Source: Cyanobacteria bacterium P01_D01_bin.156 (GTDB lineage Bacteria > Cyanobacteriota > Cyanobacteriia > Phormidesmidales > Phormidesmidaceae). Taken from it: a DNA stretch of 64,000 nucleotides. Within the stretch, counting starts at the first letter, position 1; each line of letters begins with the position of its first letter. The stretch is from NCBI GenBank assembly GCA_039024555.1, contig JBCCQQ010000011.1:32001-96000 (forward strand), written 5' to 3'. The notes below the pieces were generated by a model. The model did not search any database, had not been told where the DNA came from, and was given only the letters and a program-made list of their open reading frames with translations. A program made the position numbers and the translations under genes. Of the stretch, positions 31,354-39,663 are shown piece by piece.

Positions 31354-32304
31354 TTAATATCCCTGTTGTCGATTCACCGCTGTTGGCATCGTCCCCTTGG
31401 ATAGAAACACCATAATGTTCTCCATGGCAATTTTTGACGCTGTGGTTTTGTTGGTAGGTGCAGAAATGTGGGGTAAAACCGTAATCTGCGGATGGCTCCA
31501 AAATACATGGTCCTTGGGTAACGGTTCTTGGGAAAAAACATCTAGCACAGCATGATTGAGCTGGCCTGCATTTAAGGCATTGAGCAACGCTGTGTCATCA
31601 ACAATGGGTCCCCGAGCAAAATTAATTAGAGATGCCCCCTCTGGCATATTGTTAAAGGCATTCGCATCTAACAAACCGTGGGTTTCATGGGTCAGCGGCA
31701 GAAGAATCACCACAATATGGCTACTTTGCAATACGTGTCGCAGACCGTTAACACCAGAACAACTATTAATGCCCAGACAATTGCCTCCACTGCGACTCCA
31801 ACCATAGACGGTAAATCCATTGTCAATCAATCTAGACGCTGCTTTTATCCCCAGCTTGCCAAGGCCAAGGATGCCAACAGTGCGGTCTTGAGGTAACGGC
31901 ACACAATGCTGAGCCCAAATATGTTGTGCTTGCTGCTGACGATATGTGGGCATATCTCGATGCAAATAGAGCACCCAGGCCAACACTGCCTCAGCCATGG
32001 TTTCTGCTAACTGCGGATCGGTCATGCGAACAATCTGTAGCGTATCAGGAACACTTTTCAGCAAGGTTTCTACCCCCGCCCAAAGACTCTGCACCCACTT
32101 TAGGTTAGGCAATTGTTCTAGCTCGGCGGGATCAGGATTGGCTACTATCGCTACCTCAACAATGTGTTTTTCCTCTTCACTACACTCAGCCAAGGGCGCT
32201 ACACAGATATCTAGATCAGCAGGTGCAGCCTGGGTAAGGGCCGTAATCCATCGGTTTCGTTCATTGGCATTAATACGACCAATAAAAGGAATTTTGACAC
32301 TCAT
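31354..32304 (-). CDS. ghrA: Glyoxylate/hydroxypyruvate reductase A (D-2-hydroxyacid dehydrogenase)
   Basis: SLWAGVE, GILGLGKLG, LINFARG, LDVFSQEPL, LPHISA. Confidence 0.85.
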   Translation of the reverse strand: MSVKIPFIGRINANERNRWITALTQAAPADLDICVAPLAECSEEEKHIVEVAIVANPDPAELEQLPNLKWVQSLWAGVETLLKSVPDTLQIVRMTDPQLAETMAEAVLAWVLYLHRDMPTYRQQQAQHIWAQHCVPLPQDRTVGILGLGKLGIKAASRLIDNGFTVYGWSRSGGNCLGINSCSGVNGLRHVLQSSHIVVILLPLTHETHGLLDANAFNNMPEGASLINFARGPIVDDTALLNALNAGQLNHAVLDVFSQEPLPKDHVFWSHPQITVLPHISAPTNKTTASKIAMENIMVFLSKGTMPTAVNRQQGY

Positions 32305-32726
32305 AATGCAAATACATCCTCAAGTTTGGCAAAACTTTTAACCTCAATGGGGTTACCTGACGGGTCGCAAAAGAACATTGTCCATTGTTCTCCTGGCTGC
32401 CCTTGAAACCGAACCGTGGGTTCTAACACAAAATCAATATCTGCCTTGACTAGGCGACTGGCTAATTGATCCCAATCATCCTTGGTCAAAATCACCCCCA
32501 GATGAGGTATGGGAACCCGATATTCATCAACATGTCCGGTGTTTTTTACGGTAAAGGGTTTTCCTAAGTGGAGAGATAGCTGATGGCCATAGAACTCAAA
32601 GTCGATCCATGTTTGGGTGCTGCGTCCTTCTCGACAGCCTAGAATACCTCGATAGAAATGTCGTGCTTCGTCTAAATCTGTCACGTTATAGGCAAGATGA
32701 AAAAGCGATCGCATCTTTTTGCACAT
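32301..32726 (-). CDS. VOC/glyoxalase family protein
   Basis: FHLAYNV, GHQLSLH, PHLGVIL, DPSGNPIEVK; stop/start overlap with ghrA. Confidence 0.88.
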   Translation of the reverse strand: MCKKMRSLFHLAYNVTDLDEARHFYRGILGCREGRSTQTWIDFEFYGHQLSLHLGKPFTVKNTGHVDEYRVPIPHLGVILTKDDWDQLASRLVKADIDFVLEPTVRFQGQPGEQWTMFFCDPSGNPIEVKSFAKLEDVFAL

Positions 32727-32937
32727 TTCCTAGAAGACTGAGCCATTAATGTAGCATCCATATCCTCTGTGTTTAGAATAGACGGGCATCACTGAATGTC
32801 AGAATGATTTTAGTATTCAAATCCTGACTATTGAAAGATTTTATGGACCCGGCAAATCAGCACGGCGTAAAAGCATTCTAATCAGGAATGATTGATTTAT
32901 TTTGTGAGGCATTTAATGATTCCTCTGCTTTCTGACC

Positions 32938-35925
32938 ATGACCGACGTCTTCATTTCCTACTCACGAAAAGACGAGACCTTTGTGCAGGTGCTGAATCAG
33001 GCTCTGATAGATAGCAAATACGATGCCTGGGTAGATTGGGAAAGTATTCCCCTCACTGCTGATTGGTGGGAAGAGATTAAAACCGGGATTGAAGGGGCGG
33101 ATACGTTTATCTTTGTAATTAGTCCTGACTCGATTGCGTCTAAAGTCTGTGGTCAGGAGATTGACCATGCGGTAGAAAATAATAAGCGATTGCTGCCGAT
33201 TGTGTATCGGGAAGGCTTTGACCAGTCTCTAATGCGTCCAGCATTAAGTAAACACAACTGGCTGTATTTCAAAGAAGAGAATGACTTTGACCAAGCATTT
33301 ACATCTCTGGTGGAAACGCTCAATACAGATTTGTCCCATGTGAAAACCCATACGCGATTACTAGTTAAAGCTCAGGAATGGGATAAAAAACACCGTCGAG
33401 ATGATTTGCTGCTACGGGGAGATGAGTTTGTCATTTCTGAAAATTGGCTACTGGAAGCGTTAGAACAGCAAAAGGAGCCGCTGCCAACATTTCTACATAA
33501 GGACTACATTCAGGCTGGGCGAGAAGCTCAGGACCGCGCACTTAAGCAAGAAAAACGGCGGAATTTTCTCCTCAGGGGGCTCCTGGCCATCATGACTTTT
33601 ACCTCGGTCGCCGCCTCAGGAGCCAGTATCTATGCCTATCAACTATGGCGCGGTGGACAAATTGAGCAAATTGAGTCACTGGCTAAGCAGTCTAATGCTG
33701 AGTTTTCAGCAGGGCAAACTACCGAGGCCCTAATTAGGGCCTTACAAGCAGCACATCAGTGGCAAAAGTATCCGGGGAGCGATCGCAACCTCGTTCATCA
33801 AAGCTTGCAGCAAGCCGTCAACGGTATTCGCGAAAGCAACAGCTTAGGTGACCATATCGCTGCAGTTAATGACCTTGCAATCAGCCCAGATGGCGAAACC
33901 ATTGCGGCTGGGACAATTGCAGGAAGCATCAAGCTTTGGAGCAAAGACGGGACATTACTTTATACCATCTATGGCCATGCGGAACGCCTGACTAATGTGG
34001 CCTTTAGCCCCGATGGGCAAATGCTGGCCTCAGCAAGTGCAGATCAAACAGCTAAGCTGTGGAATCTTCAAGGGGAACTGCTCCATACCCTTTCAGGACA
34101 TAATGCACGGGTCTCAGACATTGACTTCAGCCTAGACGGGAAAAAGATTGTTACCACGAGTGACGATAGCACGCTGAAGTTATGGACCCAAGACGGCAAA
34201 CTGTTACGCACACTCAACAGTCATGAGGCACAGGTTTACCGGGTGGCCTTTAGTCCTGATGGCGAAATGTTTGCCTCAGCTAGCGACGACAATACGATCA
34301 AACTTTGGAATCTGGAAGGAGATTTACTGCATACGTTAGTTGGACACACCAATGTTCCGGTGGAGCCAGTTTTTAGCCCAGATGGACAACTCTTAGCGTC
34401 GGGAGGGGACGATAAAACTGTACGACTTTGGAATCGTGATGGAGAATTGTTGAAGACCTTAACCGGCCATGAAGACAGAGTCAGAGAAGTTGTTTTTAGT
34501 CCAGATGGGCGAACATTAGCCTCAGCAAGTGATGATAAAACGATTAAACTGTGGACCCGAGAAGGACAACTTATCACCACTCTGATTGGACATTCGGATG
34601 ACGTTCGACGGATACGCTTTAGCCCCGATGGCCAAACGTTTGTATCTGCTAGTGGTGATCAAACTATTAAACACTGGACTTTAGACGGCAGGCTTATCCA
34701 AACCCTGACAGGACACCAAAGCTGGGTCCGAGATCTTGCCTTTAATCCTAATGACCACACCCTTGTCTCTGCTAGTGGTGATCAAACAGTAAAACTTTGG
34801 CAGCTCGAAAGAGGCGTTTCAACTGCTCTACACCATGGAAATGTAGTTAGAAAGATTCTATACAGCCCCAATGGCCAATCTCTTGTGGCGGGGGATGGTC
34901 GTGGTCTCCTCAAGTTTTGGACACCGGACGGAGAACTGATTAAAACGGTAAAAGCCTATGGTCAAGATAATGATGTAAATGATCTTGTCTTTAGCCCCGA
35001 TGGCCAACGGTTGGCGATAATCGGTGAGTCAAGGGGGGATGACCAGACTGCCAAAATTTGGAGTGCTAAGGGAGAACTGCTGCATACCCTTGAGCATCCA
35101 GGTGGTTTAGACGGTTCAGGCTATGCTGTGGACTTTGGCCCCGATGGTAAAACCCTGGCTTCAGCGAAGGGCAATACGGTCAAACTTTGGAGTGCAAATG
35201 GAAATCTTCTCCATACGTTGTCTGGCCATTCAAATAAGGTTCCATTTATCTCCTTTAGCCCTGATGGGAAAACCTTAGCGTCTGCCAGCATAGATGGCAC
35301 TGTTAAACTGTGGAATCTTGAAGGAGAACTGCTTGATACCCTTGGCAATGGAGAAGAGATTTATACGGCAGTGGCCTTCAGCCTCAATGGTCAGTATCTT
35401 GTCGCTGGCAGTGCAGATGGCACATTGCGGCTCTGGAATAACAACGGTGATTTGTTACATACGATGGAAGGCCACACCGGTGTAGCAAACCAAGTCCTCT
35501 TTAGTACTGACGGTCAGACCATTATCTCTGGCAGCGCTGATGGTACAGCTAAGTTTTGGAATCTAAAAGGTAAGCTACTGACTACCCTAAAAGGTCATGA
35601 AGGAGGAATTTGGACTATGGCCCTTAGCCCTGATGGAAAGACGTTAGCAACAGCTGGGAAAGGCCACACAATTAAGCTATGGTCGATAAATGGTGATTTT
35701 TTGCAGACTTTGGTTGGCCACACAGACTCCGTACTTCATATAGAATTTAGCCCGGACGGTAAAACCCTGGCCTCCAGTAGTGTCGATGGGAATGCCATTG
35801 TGTGGGACTTAGAAGCAGTGAAATTTGATGCGCTGATACAGCGGGGCTGTGAGTGGTGGCGCGAGTATACTAAATATCAAGACATCTCACCCGATCAGCA
35901 ACAAGCTATCTGTGATGAAGTTTAA
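32938..35925 (+). CDS. TIR-TM-WD40 protein, copy 1
   Basis: TIR (DVFISYSRKD, WVDWE, FVISPDSIASKVCGQE); LLRG helical linker; TM after KRR; 16 WD40 repeats counted; C-terminal Cys pair. Confidence 0.92.
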   Translation: MTDVFISYSRKDETFVQVLNQALIDSKYDAWVDWESIPLTADWWEEIKTGIEGADTFIFVISPDSIASKVCGQEIDHAVENNKRLLPIVYREGFDQSLMRPALSKHNWLYFKEENDFDQAFTSLVETLNTDLSHVKTHTRLLVKAQEWDKKHRRDDLLLRGDEFVISENWLLEALEQQKEPLPTFLHKDYIQAGREAQDRALKQEKRRNFLLRGLLAIMTFTSVAASGASIYAYQLWRGGQIEQIESLAKQSNAEFSAGQTTEALIRALQAAHQWQKYPGSDRNLVHQSLQQAVNGIRESNSLGDHIAAVNDLAISPDGETIAAGTIAGSIKLWSKDGTLLYTIYGHAERLTNVAFSPDGQMLASASADQTAKLWNLQGELLHTLSGHNARVSDIDFSLDGKKIVTTSDDSTLKLWTQDGKLLRTLNSHEAQVYRVAFSPDGEMFASASDDNTIKLWNLEGDLLHTLVGHTNVPVEPVFSPDGQLLASGGDDKTVRLWNRDGELLKTLTGHEDRVREVVFSPDGRTLASASDDKTIKLWTREGQLITTLIGHSDDVRRIRFSPDGQTFVSASGDQTIKHWTLDGRLIQTLTGHQSWVRDLAFNPNDHTLVSASGDQTVKLWQLERGVSTALHHGNVVRKILYSPNGQSLVAGDGRGLLKFWTPDGELIKTVKAYGQDNDVNDLVFSPDGQRLAIIGESRGDDQTAKIWSAKGELLHTLEHPGGLDGSGYAVDFGPDGKTLASAKGNTVKLWSANGNLLHTLSGHSNKVPFISFSPDGKTLASASIDGTVKLWNLEGELLDTLGNGEEIYTAVAFSLNGQYLVAGSADGTLRLWNNNGDLLHTMEGHTGVANQVLFSTDGQTIISGSADGTAKFWNLKGKLLTTLKGHEGGIWTMALSPDGKTLATAGKGHTIKLWSINGDFLQTLVGHTDSVLHIEFSPDGKTLASSSVDGNAIVWDLEAVKFDALIQRGCEWWREYTKYQDISPDQQQAICDEV

Positions 35926-35940
35926 GGCTAGAGGAGTTTT

Positions 35941-36009
35941 ATCACCAGCCCGGAGTCTTTCGTTTCTAAAGTCTACAGACAGGAGATTAATTATGTGGTG
36001 GAACACAAC
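35941..36009 (+). pseudogene. Degenerate fragment of a fifth TIR copy
   Basis: Translates ITSPESFVSKVYRQEINYVVEHN versus VISPDSIASKVCGQEIDHAVENN in the intact copies; directly follows the inter-copy junction GGCTAGAGGAGTTTTATC. Confidence 0.85.
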
Positions 36010-36678
36010 ATTCTCAGTGAATTAAAGGCTGCTGACAGAATGGGTACTTTTGCAATTTGTCGTCATCTGGGCTGCCATAGGGCCTGACACACAGGACAAA
36101 CGACAGAGCTGTACCCAGGCAAAGCCACAGCCCTAACCTAAATAGAGCATTCATCTCACTCGATTCGTTGAGGTTGACGGTAGGTTAGTTCAAACGCGGT
36201 AATTGAACTTTAACCGCACCCATGGCGGGGGAATACTTAACAGGCATTGAACCTGTAATCACCTAACACAGAATCGGACAGAATACAATGCAGTCAATTG
36301 TCAGCACTGCAAACAGCTTGATCATGATAAAAGTTTCAGGTGTCATGAGAATCGCCTCCTGGAAATATGCATTGAAACAGAGGCGCGTTCCTTCGGGGAA
36401 AAGACCCTACTTCCGTCTCTTGTGAGTCAGATTTTGACTCTGTAAAAGATGAACGTTATTTATTTCTGTATCCTATGTTACTCCTTTGCCTTTAGGTGTC
36501 AATAGGGAAACTCTGTAATGTCTAAAATTCATAACAAGACGGGTCATATGTCCTCGAAAATCGCCTGGGATAGGCAACGTATGCCCGATAAAAAACAGCT
36601 TCTGTTTTCTTGAGTAGAGAAAAATGTCAGAATAGTGCGTATGTGAAAACTGTAGCATTCTACTGCCATTCATCGGTC

Positions 36679-39648
36679 ATGACGGACGTATTTATCTCCT
36701 ACTCCCGCAAAGACAAAGCCTTTGTGCAGGTACTCAATCAGGCCCTGGCCAATAGTAAATACGATGCCTGGGTGGATTGGGAGAATATTCCCCTGACGGC
36801 GGACTGGTGGGAGGAAATTAAAGCCGGGATTGAAGGTGCGGATACGTTTATTTTTGTTATCAGTCCCGACTCCATAGCCTCTAAGGTGTGTGGTCAAGAG
36901 ATTGACCATGCGGTGGAAAACAATAAGCGATTGTTGCCGATTGTGTACCGGGAAGGGTTTGATATGTCTCGGGTACGTCCGGCCTTGGGTAAACACAACT
37001 GGCTGTTCTTTAAAGAAGAGAATGACTTTGACCAAGCATTTACTTCGCTGGTGGATGCCCTCAATACGGATCTATTCCATGTGAAGACCCACACACGATT
37101 GCTGGTTAAAGCTCAGGAATGGGATAAAAAGCACCGTCGGAATGATCTGTTGCTGCGGGGGGATGAGTTCGTCATTTCTGAAAACTGGCTAGTGGAAGCC
37201 CTTGACCAACAAAAGGAGCCGCTGCCAGCCACACTCCATAAAGAGTATATCCAGGCGGGACGAGAAGCTCAAGAACGGGAGGTTAAGCAAGAGAAGCGAC
37301 GGATTTTGATTCTCAGGTCGCTCCTGGCCATCATGAGTTTTGCCTTTTTAGGCGCTGCCGGTCTTGGAGCCCATGCGTATAACCTGTGGCGAAAGGGAGA
37401 AATTGCTCAAATCACTAACCTGGCAGAAAAGTCCAACGCAGAGTTTTTGGCAGGACGAAATACCAATGCGTTGATTACAGCACTGGAAGCAGGTCATAAG
37501 TGGCAGCAATATCCGGGTAGCGATCGCAACCTCGTTCATCAAGTATTGTCGCAGTCCGTTAGCGGCATCCGCGAAATCAAAACATTAGAAGGCCATGATG
37601 GTGTTGTTCGTGAGATAGCCATTAGCCCTGATGGCCAGATAATTGCTTCTGGTTCACAAGACGGAAAAATTAAACTTTGGAACCTGCAAGGTCAACTGTT
37701 GCATACAATTGCAGCTCATGAAGATGATGGTCTATGGCTTAGCTTTAGTCCTGATGGCGAAATTTTGACGTCTGTCAGTGAAGATCACACAGCGAAACTT
37801 TGGAATCTTCAAGGGCAATTATTACATACGCTTTCAGGCCATCAGGATACAGTACACGATCTTATCTTTAGTCTAGATGGTCAAACAATCATAACCGCCA
37901 GTCATGATACTACACTCAAGCTGTGGAACCGAGAAGGAAAGTTGCTAAACACCCTTAACGATCATAACGATATTGTTTGGCGTGTTGTTCTTAGTCCAGA
38001 TGGCCAAACTTTAGTGTCCCATAGCGAAGATAAGACTCTTAAGCTATGGAATTTGCAAGGAGACTTGCTTCACACGTTAGACGCTCATACTGATGTTCCC
38101 TGGAGTGAGGCGTTTAGCCCAGATGGAGAACTGCTGGCATCGAGCGGGGCTGATAATACTGTTAGGCTTTGGAATCGTGATGGTGAATTACTGAAAACCT
38201 TGACTGGTCATGAAGATACCGTTTTTGAAGTGGTCTTTAGCCCTGATGGGCAGACAATAGCCTCAGCCAGTCGAGATACAACCATTAAACTGTGGACCCG
38301 AGAAGGACAGCTCATTACGACGCTCAATGGACATACCAGTGCTGTTAATTGGATCAGGTTTAGTTCTGATGGTCAAACGTTGGCTTCTTCGAGTAATGAC
38401 AACACGATTAAACAGTGGAGCCTGGATGGCACACTTCTACAAACATTAACAGGTCACCAGGCTTGGGTAGGTGATTTGCTATTTAGCAAAGATGGACAAA
38501 CCCTGATATCTGCCAGTGGCGATCAAACAGTCAAGTTTTGGCAACTTGAAGGAAACGTTTCCAAGTCTCTTCGGGGGCATACAAGTTTCGTTCGCAAGGT
38601 TCGATACAGCCCTGATGGTCAAACTCTGGTGACTGGCAGCTCCGACGGCACCCTAAAATTCTGGACTCCCGATGGAGCGCTAATCCGCACTGTGAAGGCG
38701 CACAAAGATGAAGTCCAGGATGTTGCCTTTAGCCCAGACGGAGAAATCATCACGTCGATTAGTCGTGAGGGAATTACCGCTAAACTCTGGAATTCTCAAG
38801 GAGAGCTATTGCATGTTCTAGAAGGTCATGAAGGCAAAGGCTCTTGGACGATCTTTAGCCCAGATGGGCAGACCATCGCCTCAGCCAGCGGCAATGTCGT
38901 CAGACTCTGGAACTTAAACGGTGAACTTCTGCATACTCTAAAGGACCATACGGAAAAAATTAGATACATTGCCTTTAGCCCGAATGGCAAAATCCTGGCA
39001 TCTACGAGCGACGACGGCACGCTCAAGCTATGGAACCTGCAAGGCGAGCTGCTACGAACCCTGGGTAATGGAGAAAAACGCTATTTTGAAGTCACGTTTA
39101 GCCCAGACGGCAACTACCTTGTTGCGGCTAACGGTGATCATACCCTACAACTCTGGAACGCTAGCGGAGACTTACTCCATACCTTAGAAGGCCATACGGA
39201 TGAGGTCATTCGAGTTCTCTTTAGCCGCGATGGTAAAACGATTATCTCAGGAAGTGATGATGGTACTGTCAGATTTTGGAATTTAGAAGGGAAAAACTTA
39301 AAGACTTTCCAGGGCCACGAAGGTGCAATTTGGACTATGGCGATGAGTCCAGACGGTCAAACATTTGCGACTGGTGGTAACGATGGAACTATCGCACTCT
39401 GGTCAATTGAAGGAAAATTAATACAAATCCTGGAGGGACATAAAGACTGGATGATACATCTAGAGTTTAGCCCTGATGGCAAAACCCTCGCTTCCAGTAG
39501 CGCCGACGAAACCGCTATGTTGTGGGACCTAGAAGCGCTAGAGTTTGATGCGCTGATGCAACGAGGCTGTGAGTGGTGGCGCGAGTACACCGAGTATCAA
39601 GACATCCCACCTGACCAACAAGCTATCTGTGGTGAAGTTGAAGGCTAG
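36679..39648 (+). CDS. TIR-TM-WD40 protein, copy 2
   Basis: Same architecture; start corrected to ATG 36679 (MTDVFISYSRKD) by comparison with the paralogues. Confidence 0.92.
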   Translation: MTDVFISYSRKDKAFVQVLNQALANSKYDAWVDWENIPLTADWWEEIKAGIEGADTFIFVISPDSIASKVCGQEIDHAVENNKRLLPIVYREGFDMSRVRPALGKHNWLFFKEENDFDQAFTSLVDALNTDLFHVKTHTRLLVKAQEWDKKHRRNDLLLRGDEFVISENWLVEALDQQKEPLPATLHKEYIQAGREAQEREVKQEKRRILILRSLLAIMSFAFLGAAGLGAHAYNLWRKGEIAQITNLAEKSNAEFLAGRNTNALITALEAGHKWQQYPGSDRNLVHQVLSQSVSGIREIKTLEGHDGVVREIAISPDGQIIASGSQDGKIKLWNLQGQLLHTIAAHEDDGLWLSFSPDGEILTSVSEDHTAKLWNLQGQLLHTLSGHQDTVHDLIFSLDGQTIITASHDTTLKLWNREGKLLNTLNDHNDIVWRVVLSPDGQTLVSHSEDKTLKLWNLQGDLLHTLDAHTDVPWSEAFSPDGELLASSGADNTVRLWNRDGELLKTLTGHEDTVFEVVFSPDGQTIASASRDTTIKLWTREGQLITTLNGHTSAVNWIRFSSDGQTLASSSNDNTIKQWSLDGTLLQTLTGHQAWVGDLLFSKDGQTLISASGDQTVKFWQLEGNVSKSLRGHTSFVRKVRYSPDGQTLVTGSSDGTLKFWTPDGALIRTVKAHKDEVQDVAFSPDGEIITSISREGITAKLWNSQGELLHVLEGHEGKGSWTIFSPDGQTIASASGNVVRLWNLNGELLHTLKDHTEKIRYIAFSPNGKILASTSDDGTLKLWNLQGELLRTLGNGEKRYFEVTFSPDGNYLVAANGDHTLQLWNASGDLLHTLEGHTDEVIRVLFSRDGKTIISGSDDGTVRFWNLEGKNLKTFQGHEGAIWTMAMSPDGQTFATGGNDGTIALWSIEGKLIQILEGHKDWMIHLEFSPDGKTLASSSADETAMLWDLEALEFDALMQRGCEWWREYTEYQDIPPDQQAICGEVEG

Positions 39649-39663
39649 AGGAGTTTTATCACG

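Noticed and set aside
36610..36678. N-terminal extension of TIR-WD40 copy 2 in the ORF track
   Set aside because: The paralogues all start at MTDVFISYS, so the upstream TTG start is an ORF-caller artefact.
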